Below are positions 33,700 through 44,576 of a DNA stretch of 64,000 nucleotides, one piece after another. The first letter of the stretch is position 1, and each line of letters starts with the position of its first letter. The DNA is taken from the NCBI GenBank assembly GCA_047622145.1, contig JBLHMO010000001.1, positions 570-64,569 on the forward strand, written 5' to 3'. A model generated the notes under the pieces. That model was not told where the DNA came from. It saw only the letters and a program-made list of their open reading frames with translations, and did not search any database. The position numbers and the translations under genes were made by a program. This DNA comes from Paracoccaceae bacterium. Its GTDB lineage: Bacteria; Pseudomonadota; Gammaproteobacteria; Pseudomonadales; Spongiibacteraceae.

Positions 33700-34605
33700 T
33701 TATCTCGTGGCCATTGTGGAATTGCGAATGCCAGAAATACAACACCACCCGTCTTTTTCGTCAATTTTGAGCTTATTGAACCAGGTTTGGTAGCGTTCGA
33801 TGATGGCGGCTGCCTGCTCCGCCAAGATGCCGGACAGCGCAATACGGCCGTCGGGTTTCAAATAGGAGGCTAGTCGCGGCGCCAGCTCAATTAAAGGCCC
33901 GGCTAGGATGTTGGCGACCACAATGTCGGCACAATCCGTTGACGGTTCTGGTGCAGCGCCGGGTAGATAGCAATGCAGGCGCTCGTCACCTAGCTCGTTG
34001 CGCTGTAAATTATCGCGGGTGGCCGCCAGTGCCTGCGGGTCGTTGTCCACGGCTGTCACACGGCTGGCACCCAACAGCAAGGCAGCTATGCCGAGTATGC
34101 CTGAGCCACAGCCGTAGTCGACGACATGGGCGACATTCAGGTTCTGGCTGTCGAGCCAGCGCAGGCACAAAAAGGTTGTCGGGTGGGTGCCGGTACCGAA
34201 GGCGAGTCCGGGGTCAAGCTTGAGGTTGACGGCCTGCATGTCAACCGGCTCGCGCCAGCTTGGGCAGATCCACAGACGCTGGCCGCATTGGATGGGTTGG
34301 TAGTGAGTCATCCACTCTCGCTCCCAATCCTTGTCTTCCAGAATCTCCACCCGTTGTGGGGGTAGGGTCTGGCCGTAGGCGGCCGCGAGGCTAATCAGGG
34401 TTGCGGGTATATCGGTCGCGGCGTCGAACAGGCCGGTGACTCGGGTCAGGTTCCACACAGGGCGCTCGTTTAGGCCGGGCTCGTACAGTGGCTGGTCAGC
34501 GTTGTCTTGCATCGTAACAGCGGCGGCACCGACCGCCAGTAGGGCGTCTTCCAGTACTTCGGCGCTGTCGCGGTCAGCATCCAGTGATAGCTGTAGCCAG
34601 GGCAT
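33700..34605 (-). CDS. prmA: Ribosomal protein L11 methyltransferase
   Basis: EDKDWEREW, LDPGLAFGTGTHPTT, DYGCGSGIL, ANILA. Confidence 0.98.
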   Translation of the reverse strand: MPWLQLSLDADRDSAEVLEDALLAVGAAAVTMQDNADQPLYEPGLNERPVWNLTRVTGLFDAATDIPATLISLAAAYGQTLPPQRVEILEDKDWEREWMTHYQPIQCGQRLWICPSWREPVDMQAVNLKLDPGLAFGTGTHPTTFLCLRWLDSQNLNVAHVVDYGCGSGILGIAALLLGASRVTAVDNDPQALAATRDNLQRNELGDERLHCYLPGAAPEPSTDCADIVVANILAGPLIELAPRLASYLKPDGRIALSGILAEQAAAIIERYQTWFNKLKIDEKDGWCCISGIRNSTMATR

Positions 34606-34650
34606 AGCGAGTCTCAATCCAGATTTAGGGCGTGGGATGATAGCAGAAAT

Positions 34651-34675
34651 AAAAAAGGGGCTGTTGCGCAGCCCC
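34651..34675 (-). terminator. Intrinsic terminator after accC
   Basis: GGGGCTG/CAGCCCC stem followed by a T-run on the minus strand. Confidence 0.75.
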
Positions 34676-34696
34676 CCGGATTATCTGGTTATGTGT

Positions 34697-36037
34697 TTAG
34701 TCCTGCAGTTTTTTCTCGAGGTAGTGAATGCTGACACCACCTTGGCGAAAGGCACCGTCGCGCACTAAGTCTTTGTGCAGGTCTATGTTGGTGCGGATGC
34801 CGTCAACGACCAGTTCTTCTAGTGCTTGCTGCATCCGAGCGAGTGCAATGTCGCGGTCTTCGCCGTAAGTGATGATTTTGCCAATCATGGAGTCGTAGTA
34901 GGGCGGCACCGTGTAGCCACTGTAAAGATGTGAGTCTACGCGCACCCCGAAGCCGCCCGGCGCATGGTAATGCAGAATCTTGCCGGGGCAAGGAAGAAAG
35001 GTGCGCGGATCTTCGGCGTTGATCCGGCATTCAAAGGCGTGGCCTTTGACGACAACATCTTCCTGCTTGATGGAAAGTTTTTCGCCGGCCGCAATATGGA
35101 GCTGCCATTTGATGAGGTCGATGCCGGTAATCATTTCGGTTACCGGGTGCTCGACCTGAATCCGGGTGTTCATTTCAATAAAAAAGAACTGCCCGTCTTC
35201 GTATAAAAACTCGAAAGTACCTGCACCGCGGTAGTCAATTTTCTTGCACGCGTCGACACAGGCGTCGGCGGTGTCGTTGAGCGCTTTCTGATCAATGCAG
35301 GGGGGCGGCGCTTCTTCCAGCACTTTCTGGTGGCGGCGTTGCAGCGAGCAATCGCGGCCATTGAGGTGAATGGCATGGCCCTGTCCGTCGGCCAGTACCT
35401 GAATTTCAATGTGACGTGGATTTTCCAGAAATTTTTCCAGATACACAGTGCCATCACCGAACGCAGCTTTCGCCTCGGATTGGGTCACAAACACGGCGTT
35501 GAGCAATGCAGCTTCGCTATGGACTACGCGCATTCCGCGACCGCCGCCGCCTGCGGCGGCTTTGATGATAACCGGATAGCCGATGCGCCGCGCTACGACC
35601 TGGGTGCGTTCGCCATCGTCGGTCAAGGGGCCGTCTGAGCCGGGAACGGTTGGCACGCCAGCTTGTTTCATACACTTGATGGCAGACACTTTATCGCCCA
35701 TCAGGCGGATAACGTCGGGTTTTGGTCCGATAAAAACAAAACCGCTGTTTTCGACCTGTTCAGCAAAATCCGCGTTCTCGGCGAGAAAGCCATAGCCGGG
35801 GTGAATGCCAACAGCGTCGGTAACTTCAGCGGCGGAAATAATCGCCGGGCCATTGAGATAGCTTTCGGTCGAGGAGGCGGGGCCGATGCAGACCGACTCG
35901 TCGGCGAGGCGAACGTGCATCAAGTCCTTGTCGGCTTGGGAGTGCACGGCCACGGTCTTGATGCCTAGCTCCTTGCAGGCACGCAATATCCGCAGCGCAA
36001 TCTCGCCGCGGTTGGCGATAACTACTTTCTTCAACAT
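34697..36037 (-). CDS. accC: Acetyl-CoA carboxylase biotin carboxylase
   Basis: [48 protein letters not shown]. Confidence 0.98.
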   Translation of the reverse strand: MLKKVVIANRGEIALRILRACKELGIKTVAVHSQADKDLMHVRLADESVCIGPASSTESYLNGPAIISAAEVTDAVGIHPGYGFLAENADFAEQVENSGFVFIGPKPDVIRLMGDKVSAIKCMKQAGVPTVPGSDGPLTDDGERTQVVARRIGYPVIIKAAAGGGGRGMRVVHSEAALLNAVFVTQSEAKAAFGDGTVYLEKFLENPRHIEIQVLADGQGHAIHLNGRDCSLQRRHQKVLEEAPPPCIDQKALNDTADACVDACKKIDYRGAGTFEFLYEDGQFFFIEMNTRIQVEHPVTEMITGIDLIKWQLHIAAGEKLSIKQEDVVVKGHAFECRINAEDPRTFLPCPGKILHYHAPGGFGVRVDSHLYSGYTVPPYYDSMIGKIITYGEDRDIALARMQQALEELVVDGIRTNIDLHKDLVRDGAFRQGGVSIHYLEKKLQD

Positions 36038-36075
36038 GTGAGGCTTGATCCTGTCATTGCAGTAGGGAGCGGCGG

Positions 36076-36522
36076 TTAAACGATGGTAATCAGCGGTTGG
36101 TCGAATTCGACCGGCTGCGCATCTTCCGCCAGAATGGCCTCGACCACGCCGGATTTGTCGGCCTCGATCTGGTTCATCATTTTCATGGCTTCAACGATGC
36201 AGATGACATCGCCGGCTTTGACGTGCTGGCCAACTTCTACAAATGTGGGTGAGCCCGGTGAGGGCGCGCGATAAAAGGTGCCAACCATGGGTGATTTGAC
36301 TATGTGGCCATTAAGCTTCGGTGCAGCCTCTTCGGCCGCCGTTGCTACCACGGGCGCCGGAGCAGGCGCGTAGGCCTGCGGTGCGTATTGTGGGTTGTAC
36401 ATCATGGGCGTGCCGGAATTACGGCTGATGCGCACAGACTCTTCACCTTCCTTTATCTCAATTTCGTCGATGTTCGATTCTTCGAGTAGTTCGATCAGTT
36501 TTTTTACTTTGCGTATATCCAT
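36076..36522 (-). CDS. accB: Biotin carboxyl carrier protein
   Basis: [27 protein letters not shown]. Confidence 0.98.
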   Translation of the reverse strand: MDIRKVKKLIELLEESNIDEIEIKEGEESVRISRNSGTPMMYNPQYAPQAYAPAPAPVVATAAEEAAPKLNGHIVKSPMVGTFYRAPSPGSPTFVEVGQHVKAGDVICIVEAMKMMNQIEADKSGVVEAILAEDAQPVEFDQPLITIV

Positions 36523-36557
36523 GTCGGGCTCTCTAAATCCTTATAACAAGTTAATCT

Positions 36558-36995
36558 TTAGTCCAGTTGTGCGATCGCGGCATCCAGCGCGAGCTGATAG
36601 CCCTGTGGGCCAAGCCCGCAAATCACACCGACGGCAATATCGGAGAAGTAGGAATGCTGGCGAAAGGCCTCGCGCTTGTGGACATTGCTCAGGTGTACCT
36701 CGATAAACGGTATGGCAGTTGCCAGTAAGGCGTCTCTAAGGGCGACACTGCTGTGCGTGAAGGCGGCCGGGTTGAACACAATAAAATTGATACCTTCGCG
36801 TTGGGCATCGTGTATGCGTTCGATCAGTTCGTACTCGGCATTACTTTGTAAAAACTGGAGGTGGTGGCCGGCTGCCACTGCGGCTTCCTGCAGCTGCTGG
36901 TTGATCTCTGTTAGCGTTGTGGCGCCATAGATTTCTGGCTCGCGGGTGCCTAGCAAGTTCAGGTTAGGGCCGTGCATTACAAGTATTGAAGCCAT
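36558..36995 (-). CDS. aroQ: Type II 3-dehydroquinate dehydratase
   Basis: [31 protein letters not shown]. Confidence 0.98.
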   Translation of the reverse strand: MASILVMHGPNLNLLGTREPEIYGATTLTEINQQLQEAAVAAGHHLQFLQSNAEYELIERIHDAQREGINFIVFNPAAFTHSSVALRDALLATAIPFIEVHLSNVHKREAFRQHSYFSDIAVGVICGLGPQGYQLALDAAIAQLD

Positions 36996-37169
36996 AGTCT
37001 TTAAAAACAGTAAGTTATAGGTATTTTTTGCGATTCTGCCTCAGTGAAGCGGTCTCGTCTATCTGAAGTGGGGATTTTCCACGAAATAGCGAAGGATTTC
37101 CAGCGAGTTTTCAGAAGTTGTTAGGAATTTCGACGAATTTAGTGTGTGCACTGCTAACACCGCTGATGA

Positions 37170-38903
37170 TTATTTGATCAGCTCTAGCGTCTGCAGAATG
37201 CCGTTCTCGCTGAGAATCTGTGGCAGTACGCGGGCTTTTCGCTCGCCGGGCAAGTACAGCAGATATAGCGGTATGCCATTGCGCCGATACTCGCTGAGTA
37301 GCGCGGTGATGTTTTCGTCGTAGAGGGTCCAGTCAGCCACGAGGTAGGCGATGTTTTTGTCGGCAAACGCGGCCCGCACAGCGTCTGTGTGCAAGGCGAC
37401 CTTTTCATTCACCTTGCAGGTAATACACCAGTCGGCAGTTACATCGATGAACACCGGACGAGCGCTGCTGCGCAGCTCATTCAGGAGTGACTGGCTGTAA
37501 TAGAGGGTATTGTCGCTAGTGCGCTCTGCGTTGGGATCCCGCGGTGCAAGTGCTGAGCTACCCAGCAGGGCAATCGCGAACAGTAAACTAACGATGGCTA
37601 AAAGCCGAGGCAGGGTTTGTCCCAGCCCCACCAGCCAGATAGCCAGTCCGAGGATCAGCCACGCAAGCAGGGTGGTCGCCATACCATCGGCGCCAGTTTG
37701 GCGGCCGATAACCCAGCACAGCCAGATAGCCGTCGCCAATAGCGGAAAGCCTAAAAATTGTTTAAGTCTCTCCATCCACACGCCAGAACGCGGTAGCGAT
37801 TGCAGTGCGCGTGGATACAGTGTTAACAAAAATACGGGCAGTGCCATGCCAATCCCTAGGGCGGCAAATACAGCGAGCGCAGCGGCGGGCGGTTGGGTTG
37901 CTGCGAACCCTAGCGCAGTACCCATGAACGGCGCCGTGCAGGGCGTGGCGATGACAGTAGCCAAAACACCCGTGAAAAAGCTGCCGGTATAGTCACTGCG
38001 CTGGCTCAGGTTTTGGCCGGGCACGCTGCCGAGCAGGGTGATTTCGAAAGCGCCGAGCAGGTTCAATGACAGCACAAAAAAAACGCAGGACAGTAGGGCG
38101 ACAAACCACGGTGTCTGTAGTTGGAAGCCCCAGCCGATAGCGGCGCCAGCGCTCTGCAAACCAATCAGCACAAGGGCTGCGGCGACAAAGCTGAGCACAA
38201 CCCCAGCGCTGTATACGGCGCCGTGAGCGGCCGCTCTGCCTTCGCCGCTCTGGGTAAAGCTCAACACTTTCAGTCCGAGTACCGGAAACACGCAGGGCAT
38301 CAGGTTGAGAATGGCACCGCCGAGAAGGGCAAACAGGAGCATTAGCCAGAGTGATTGCTTGGAGCGTTGTGCTGGAACACCGCTATTTTTAGCAGCGTTC
38401 CAGGTGTCTAACGAAATGCTGGTGACCGAGCCATTAGCAGGGTTTGCTCGAAACAGCCAATCATTGGGCGGGTAGCAAAGCCCTGCGTCCGCGCAACCCT
38501 GCGCCGTCAGCTTTAGAAGAAATGCGGTATCTCCAATAGTTTGCAAGGCGGTATTGGCAAAGTTGTAGTAAACCGGCGTTTCGCCAAAGTAGGGATCATC
38601 CTTTATGATCGCTTCGCCATAGTCGGCGGCGGTTGCGTCGATCTGGCCTTCGCGAAATAGCGCAATGGCAAATTTTTCTTGGTAGAGGTAGTAATTGTCG
38701 GCAATCTGCCAATTGATGTTCAGGGCATTTTGCGTCAGCGTGACAACGGGTGTGTAAGCCTCAGTAACGGAGAGAAATGCGGGGGCCTCGTCGGCAAAAA
38801 CTGCCTTATTCGGAGTCCAGTCTTGGGCGGCGGTACTCAGTGGCAGCAGGCAGAGGCACAGCAACGGTGCAATCAGTGAGGTAAACTGTAAAAATAGGCG
38901 CAT
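37170..38903 (-). CDS. dsbD: DsbD-family protein-disulfide reductase
   Basis: QGCADAGLCYPP, NLMPCVFPV, TPCTAP, thioredoxin motif ADWCITCK. Confidence 0.9.
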   Translation of the reverse strand: MRLFLQFTSLIAPLLCLCLLPLSTAAQDWTPNKAVFADEAPAFLSVTEAYTPVVTLTQNALNINWQIADNYYLYQEKFAIALFREGQIDATAADYGEAIIKDDPYFGETPVYYNFANTALQTIGDTAFLLKLTAQGCADAGLCYPPNDWLFRANPANGSVTSISLDTWNAAKNSGVPAQRSKQSLWLMLLFALLGGAILNLMPCVFPVLGLKVLSFTQSGEGRAAAHGAVYSAGVVLSFVAAALVLIGLQSAGAAIGWGFQLQTPWFVALLSCVFFVLSLNLLGAFEITLLGSVPGQNLSQRSDYTGSFFTGVLATVIATPCTAPFMGTALGFAATQPPAAALAVFAALGIGMALPVFLLTLYPRALQSLPRSGVWMERLKQFLGFPLLATAIWLCWVIGRQTGADGMATTLLAWLILGLAIWLVGLGQTLPRLLAIVSLLFAIALLGSSALAPRDPNAERTSDNTLYYSQSLLNELRSSARPVFIDVTADWCITCKVNEKVALHTDAVRAAFADKNIAYLVADWTLYDENITALLSEYRRNGIPLYLLYLPGERKARVLPQILSENGILQTLELIK

Positions 38904-39050
38904 CACTCGGTCCAAAAAATGCGTAGAATTCCGCTCTTGCTTAGGGCGTGCGTAGCGCGAATAAGTTCCGCCGCGAAAGCGCATTGTAATCGATTAATTA
39001 CGCTTTTTTGCAGGAATATCGAAGATGTTGCCAGTTTATAGGATATTATT

Positions 39051-39491
39051 TTGAAATGTTGTAAGCGCATAGGCGCGTGCATGCTCATTCTGTTTTCAGG
39101 GCCATTGGCGGCGCTGGAGTTCAGTGATGGCTTTGTGCGAGGTTTGCCGCCAGGGCAAAAAAACACGGCGGCGTTCTTTACCCTTGAGAATATGACGGCC
39201 ACGCCTTGGACTATAGTGCGGGTGGCGAGTCCTGCCGCCGAACGTGTTGAAATGCATCAACACAAACACCGCGATGGGATGATGGGGATGCGTGAGCTGG
39301 AGAGGCTGGCGGTAGAACCGAATTCATCCGTGGAATTTGCGCCCGGTGGACTGCATCTGATGTTAATTGGCTTAAAGCAGCCCTTGCGCGAAAATGATCA
39401 GGTGCTGTTGCAGTTTTTCAGTGATTTAAACGAAGAAGTGTCAGTGACGTTTCCGGTGATCAGCGTTATCAATGAGCACCGTCATCACTAG
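39051..39491 (+). CDS. Copper chaperone PCu(A)C
   Basis: VEMH...DGMMGM...FAPGGLHLMLIGL; start uncertain (39051 or 39081). Confidence 0.9.
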   Translation: MKCCKRIGACMLILFSGPLAALEFSDGFVRGLPPGQKNTAAFFTLENMTATPWTIVRVASPAAERVEMHQHKHRDGMMGMRELERLAVEPNSSVEFAPGGLHLMLIGLKQPLRENDQVLLQFFSDLNEEVSVTFPVISVINEHRHH

Positions 39492-39552
39492 TGCGCATTC
39501 AAATTTGGTGATTGAGGTAGAAGAAGTTGTTGCTATTTAGGGAGTATATTGC

Positions 39553-40584
39553 ATGAAAACGGCCTGGCTGACCGAGCGTTGGCAGCAATTACGCGAAGCC
39601 GCTGAAGACTGGTTGGGCGGAAAAAATACGTTTAAGTGGGTTTTGGCGGGTTTTTTGTGCTCCACCGTACTGGTTTGCGTGCTGGGAATGATGTGGAGCA
39701 GCGAACCTGAAAATATCCCCGTTTATGATGGTGGCGATCAGCCTCGTGTTGTTGGCATCATCACAACGAATATGTTGATTGCCGTCAGTGAAACACTACT
39801 CGATAAGCCCGGCGGCTTTATCAGTAACGATATTGCGCCCCCCGGTCTCTTTATGGATAACATGCCGGCTTGGGAATACGGCGTGCTCATTCAGGTACGG
39901 GAACTGTCACGTTCGATGCGCGAGAGCTTCAGTCGTTCGCAATCGCAATCAACGGAAGATGTTGCGCTAGCCAAATCCGAACCGCGCTTTAATTTTTCCA
40001 ACAACAGCTGGGCTGTGCCCGCATCCGAATCCGAATATCGCGACGGCATCAAGTACCTGAAACGCTACCGTGATCGGCTGGCGAATGCTGATGATCCACA
40101 GGCTCAGTTTTATGCCCGTGCCGACAATCTGCGATATTGGCTGTCGTCAGTTGAGTCTCGTCTTGGCAGTCTCTCCCAGCGCCTGAGTGCGAGTATTGGT
40201 CAGCGCCGTCTCAATACCGATTTGGCTAATGATGTCGCCGCGCAGCAATCTACCAATGCGCCATCGGATCAGATGATAAAGACGCCGTGGTTGAAGATTG
40301 ATGACGTTTTTTATGAGGCGCGCGGTAGTTGCTGGGCGCTGGTACATTTTCTCAGGGCTATCGAAAAAGATTTTTCTGGGGTACTCGACAACAAAAACGC
40401 ACGGGTGAGTGTGCAGCAGATTATTCGTGAGCTGGAGCAAACCCAGGAACCGATGTTCAGCCCCATCATTCTCAATGGTAGCGGGTTTGGCTTGCTGGCT
40501 AACCACTCGCTGGTGATGGCCTCGCATATCTCGCGCGCCAACGCTGCGTTGATAGATTTACGTGAACTCTTGTCTCAGGGATAA
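39553..40584 (+). CDS. DUF2333 family protein
   Basis: LLDKPGGF, DNMPAWEYG, FYARADNL, IDDVFYEARG, ANHSL. Confidence 0.88.
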   Translation: MKTAWLTERWQQLREAAEDWLGGKNTFKWVLAGFLCSTVLVCVLGMMWSSEPENIPVYDGGDQPRVVGIITTNMLIAVSETLLDKPGGFISNDIAPPGLFMDNMPAWEYGVLIQVRELSRSMRESFSRSQSQSTEDVALAKSEPRFNFSNNSWAVPASESEYRDGIKYLKRYRDRLANADDPQAQFYARADNLRYWLSSVESRLGSLSQRLSASIGQRRLNTDLANDVAAQQSTNAPSDQMIKTPWLKIDDVFYEARGSCWALVHFLRAIEKDFSGVLDNKNARVSVQQIIRELEQTQEPMFSPIILNGSGFGLLANHSLVMASHISRANAALIDLRELLSQG

Positions 40585-40588
40585 AATC

Positions 40589-41164
40589 ATGCGTTTCAAA
40601 TTACTAGTCGTGTCATGGCTCGCGCTGTTGATAAGCGCCTGCGCGCTGAGTCCACAACAGATGACTATTCAGCCCTTGCTGGAGAGCAGCAGCAGTAATA
40701 TCGGCGAAGGTCGAACCTTGTTTGTGGAAGTGCTGGATGCGCGTGAGTCGTCTGCAATAGGCAGCCGTGGTGGCATCTATAAATCAACCAGTCTAATTAC
40801 GCTTGCCAATGATTTACCCACGGCAATTCGCGATGCCGCCACCCAGCAGTTTCGCGACATGGGCTTTGTTGTGCAGGCAACACCGCAGGCAAGCGCGGAT
40901 ATTCGCATCATTGTCGATAAGTTGAGCTACAGCGACCCGGATACCAGTGCGCTTGGTTTTGATATCGCCTTAGAAGCTGTTTTACGCGTAGAGGCCAAAC
41001 AGCAGGGTGACAAATACAGCGGTCGTTACCAGATTAAAAACAATAGAACCTATGCGACAGTGCCCGGGCGTGATCGCAATGAAGAAATGATTAATGAAGC
41101 CTTGTCAGGCGCTTTGCAGCGCCTGTTTAGCGATCCGAAATTACTAGCCTTTACCCTGAGATAG
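40589..41164 (+). CDS. YajG-family lipoprotein
   Basis: Lipobox ISAC, ALSPQQ, VLDAR...IGSRGGIY. Confidence 0.75.
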   Translation: MRFKLLVVSWLALLISACALSPQQMTIQPLLESSSSNIGEGRTLFVEVLDARESSAIGSRGGIYKSTSLITLANDLPTAIRDAATQQFRDMGFVVQATPQASADIRIIVDKLSYSDPDTSALGFDIALEAVLRVEAKQQGDKYSGRYQIKNNRTYATVPGRDRNEEMINEALSGALQRLFSDPKLLAFTLR

Positions 41165-41177
41165 AGGCCGTATTTTT

Positions 41178-41206
41178 GTCGGACGTCGGACGTCGGACGC
41201 TAAAGC
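41178..41206 (+). repeat. GACGTCG heptamer tandem, same family as the repeats at 25.1 kb and 29.5 kb
   Basis: GTCG-GACGTCG-GACGTCG-GACGCTA-AAGC between convergent genes, overlapping the kinase stop codon. Confidence 0.72.
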
Positions 41207-42192
41207 GCAGCTAACAATTCGCGGTGTCTGGCCGCTGGCAAACGGGGGCCGTAGTTACTAACCACCTCGGCCGAGGCGCGGCTGGCAAGTCTGCCAGCGT
41301 CGGCAAAACTCAAACCCTTGCTGATACCGTACAAAAAGGCACCGGCAAACATGTCGCCAGCGCCGTTGGTATCAACCGCTTTCACTGTGTTGGGTGCTAT
41401 TTGAATCAGCTCGCTGCCGTCGAACACTAGCGCACCTTTAGCGCCCAGCGTGATAGCAAATGTCTTGGCGACACCCTTCAATGTTTCGACTGCGGCGTCG
41501 AGATGTTTGGTTTGTGCCCAGCCCAGAGCCTCGTCTTCGTTGCAGAACACCATATCCACACCGTCCCCCAGCATTTCCAGCAGGCCGTCACGGAAAAATT
41601 CAACCATGCCAGGGTCGGAGAAGCTGAGTGCTGTTTTCACACCCCTTTCTCTGGCGATGGCATGGGCCTCTATGGCGGCTGCACGGCCCGTGGGCGAGGT
41701 GACCAGATAACCTTCCATATACAGATACTCGGAATCGGACAGCGCTTCTTTATTCAGTTCAGTAGCCGATAGCGTTTCGCTGATGCCCAGATAGGTGTTC
41801 ATGCTGCGCTCGGCGTCTGGTGTGATCATGACCAGGCAGGTGCCGGTGATACCTTCGCTACTTTTTTGCAGGTAGTCGGCATCTACCCCGGCCTCCTTGA
41901 GATCATTCATATAGAATTCGCCCAGCGCGTCATCGGCAACCTTGCAGGAGTAGAAGGTTTTGGCGCCGAAGTAGCTGGCAGCGATTATAGAGTTTGCCGC
42001 CGAGCCACCGCTGGCTTGTTTGGCGTGAACGAGATGCCCTTCGAGCGATGTTAATATGGCGGTTTGGCGTTCGCGGTCAACCAGAGTCATCAGCCCTTTG
42101 TCGATTCCCAGGAGAGTAAGATCTTCATCGGAGACTTCAATTTCAGTGTCGACCAAAGCAGCGCCAAGGCCATAAACGTGGTATTTGCTCAT
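41200..42192 (-). CDS. PfkB-family (adenosine kinase-like) kinase
   Basis: SGGSAANS, TPDAERSMNTYLG, VDTNGAGDMFAG. Confidence 0.92.
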   Translation of the reverse strand: MSKYHVYGLGAALVDTEIEVSDEDLTLLGIDKGLMTLVDRERQTAILTSLEGHLVHAKQASGGSAANSIIAASYFGAKTFYSCKVADDALGEFYMNDLKEAGVDADYLQKSSEGITGTCLVMITPDAERSMNTYLGISETLSATELNKEALSDSEYLYMEGYLVTSPTGRAAAIEAHAIARERGVKTALSFSDPGMVEFFRDGLLEMLGDGVDMVFCNEDEALGWAQTKHLDAAVETLKGVAKTFAITLGAKGALVFDGSELIQIAPNTVKAVDTNGAGDMFAGAFLYGISKGLSFADAGRLASRASAEVVSNYGPRLPAARHRELLAAL

Positions 42193-42278
42193 AAGGAATT
42201 CACAATTTCATTAGCAGAAACGTTACATTATCCGGGTTGTTTAACGTTTTGCAAACGGTTACTTGTTAGAATGTCGCT

Positions 42279-44576
42279 ATGGTTGCAAAGAAAAAATCAA
42301 CGGTAAAGCGTCGCCCCAGGCGTTACATCACCCCGCAAGGCTTGCTTAAAACCGGCGCTATTTTGTCTGTTATCGGCTTTGCTTTTGTCATTTATTGTGA
42401 TGCGCGTGTGCGCGCCACCTTTGACGGTATTCGCTGGCAACAACCCGCTAGAGTCTACGCGCGCCCCCTGATTTTAGCGCCCGGCGCGTCGATAACACCG
42501 GTAGACTTGCAGATTGAACTCGATTTGCTGGGTTACGAACGTGACCCAGGGTTGCGCTTTCCCGGTACCTATTACCGGCAGGCATCGGTAGTCGCCATTC
42601 ACTATCGCGATTTTGCCTTTCCTGAGCAGAAGCGCAGCGCGGAAAAGGTGCTGGCACATTTTAATACTCGGGGCATCACTCGCGTAGAGTCTATGGACGG
42701 GGGCCAGCTCGAGGAAGTGATGCTCGAACCGACGGTTATCGGTGGCATCTACCCCAGTTTGCGGGAAGACCGGCTGCTGATACGCCTAGACGAGACTCCG
42801 CGCATGCTGATCGAAGTCTTGCTGCAGGTTGAAGACCATCAATTCTACGAACACTTTGGTGTGTCGCCGCGCGGTATTGCTAGAGCGATGCTGGCAAATC
42901 TAAATGCAGGCAAAACCGTGCAGGGTGGCAGCACCCTTACGCAGCAACTTGTCAAAAACATGTTGCTGACACCTGAGCGCAGCTTGTGGCGAAAAGTGCA
43001 GGAAATGATTATGTCGGTTTTGCTGGAAATTCATTACAGCAAAGACGACATTCTCGAGGCCTACATCAATCAGGTTTACCTCGGGCAAGAGGGTTCGCGC
43101 GCAATACATGGCTTCGCCCTCGCGGCTAGGCACTACTACAACAAACCGCTGGACGAGCTGAGCTTGGCGCAGACAGCGACGTTGGTCGGCCTCGTGAAAG
43201 GGCCGTCTTATTACGATCCCTGGCGTCACGAAGAGCGAGCGCAATCCCGGCGAAACCTAGTGCTTTCCGAATTGGCAGAGCGCGGTTGGCTGACCGCCGA
43301 GCAATTGGAGGTTTGGCAGGCGCAGCCCCTGGGCCTCGCAAAAAGCAGTGCGGTTGAGGGTGTTTATCCGGCTTATGTTGATTTAGTGCGGCGGCAATTG
43401 CGCCGTGACTATCGCAACAACGATTTACAGAATCATGGGCTACGCGTGTTCACGCCATTCGACCCGGTAGTGCAGCGCCGTGCCGAGCAATCGCTAACAC
43501 GTACGCTGAGCGGCTTTGGCAAGGCCTACGAGGATTTGCAGGCAGCAATGGTGGTAAGCGCAAGCGACAATGGTGACGTGTTGGCCGTTGTAGGTGGCAA
43601 ACGGCCACGCTATGCGGGCTTTAATCGCGCGCTGGATGCCCTGCGCCCGGTCGGTTCGCTGATTAAACCAGCCATCTATCTAACCGCTCTGTCGCGGCCG
43701 CAGGAATACACCTTAGCCACTTTCATCGACGACAGCCCGGTGGCGGTGCGCAACCCCGATGGGAGCCTCTGGCAGCCGCAAAATTTCGACAAGCAAGTGC
43801 ATGGCCGGGTGATGCTGCATGAGGCCTTGGCTAAATCCTATAATTTGGCGGCAACGAAATTAGGCTTGGCTTTGGGCGTGGACAATGTTGCTTTGACTCT
43901 CAAGAAACTCGGCATCAACCGGCCGGTGCCCAAAGTGCCAGCTATGCTACTGGGCGCAGCCGAGCTGTCACCGCTTGAAGTAACCCATATGTATCAAACC
44001 ATCGCTGCTGGCGGTCAGGTTAACGCCTTGCGTGCCATTTATGCGGTCACCGACAGTGCCGGCAAACTGCTGGCCCGCTACCCGCAGCAGCCCCGGCGAA
44101 CACTGGATGCAGATGCTGTGCACTTGCTTCAATACGCTCTGATGGAAGCTGTGCGCGAAGGAACCGGTCGGGCTGTTTACAAGGTATTGCCTCCGGATTT
44201 TCGGGTGGCGGGTAAAACCGGCACCAGCAATGATTTCAGGGATTCGTGGTTTGCCGGTTTTTCCGGTGACTACGTGGCCACCGTATGGATGGGGCGAGAT
44301 GACAATAAATCCATGGGCCTAACCGGTAGTAGTGGCGCGCTGAAGGCATGGCGCGCTTTTATGGCCGAGGCTAGCCGCGAGTCGATGCCCTTTCAGCCCG
44401 TTGAGGGCGTTAGTAATCGCTGGATAGACCCGGAGAATGGCTTGGGCAGCCATAGCTGGTGCGAGGGTGCGCGCCAAATGCCCTTTATTGGCGGCAGTTG
44501 GCCGACGCGGGAATCTTCCCGTTGCGCTCGCGGGCTGCCGCAAATATTTCAGTGGTTTCGTCATGTCTTCGACTAA
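42279..44576 (+). CDS. mrcB: Penicillin-binding protein 1B
   Basis: UB2H region, GT51 motifs EDHQFYEH and QGGSTLTQQLVKN, transpeptidase SLIK, SYN, KTG. Confidence 0.95.
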   Translation: MVAKKKSTVKRRPRRYITPQGLLKTGAILSVIGFAFVIYCDARVRATFDGIRWQQPARVYARPLILAPGASITPVDLQIELDLLGYERDPGLRFPGTYYRQASVVAIHYRDFAFPEQKRSAEKVLAHFNTRGITRVESMDGGQLEEVMLEPTVIGGIYPSLREDRLLIRLDETPRMLIEVLLQVEDHQFYEHFGVSPRGIARAMLANLNAGKTVQGGSTLTQQLVKNMLLTPERSLWRKVQEMIMSVLLEIHYSKDDILEAYINQVYLGQEGSRAIHGFALAARHYYNKPLDELSLAQTATLVGLVKGPSYYDPWRHEERAQSRRNLVLSELAERGWLTAEQLEVWQAQPLGLAKSSAVEGVYPAYVDLVRRQLRRDYRNNDLQNHGLRVFTPFDPVVQRRAEQSLTRTLSGFGKAYEDLQAAMVVSASDNGDVLAVVGGKRPRYAGFNRALDALRPVGSLIKPAIYLTALSRPQEYTLATFIDDSPVAVRNPDGSLWQPQNFDKQVHGRVMLHEALAKSYNLAATKLGLALGVDNVALTLKKLGINRPVPKVPAMLLGAAELSPLEVTHMYQTIAAGGQVNALRAIYAVTDSAGKLLARYPQQPRRTLDADAVHLLQYALMEAVREGTGRAVYKVLPPDFRVAGKTGTSNDFRDSWFAGFSGDYVATVWMGRDDNKSMGLTGSSGALKAWRAFMAEASRESMPFQPVEGVSNRWIDPENGLGSHSWCEGARQMPFIGGSWPTRESSRCARGLPQIFQWFRHVFD

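Noticed and set aside
33217-33873. 218-aa Ser-rich ORF and many similar antisense ORFs
   Set aside because: Shadows of well-supported genes on the opposite strand, common at this GC content.
35350-35860. Unusual AccC residues (YLNGP, LNGRDCS)
   Set aside because: The frame and catalytic motifs are intact; this cannot be told from lineage variation without an alignment.
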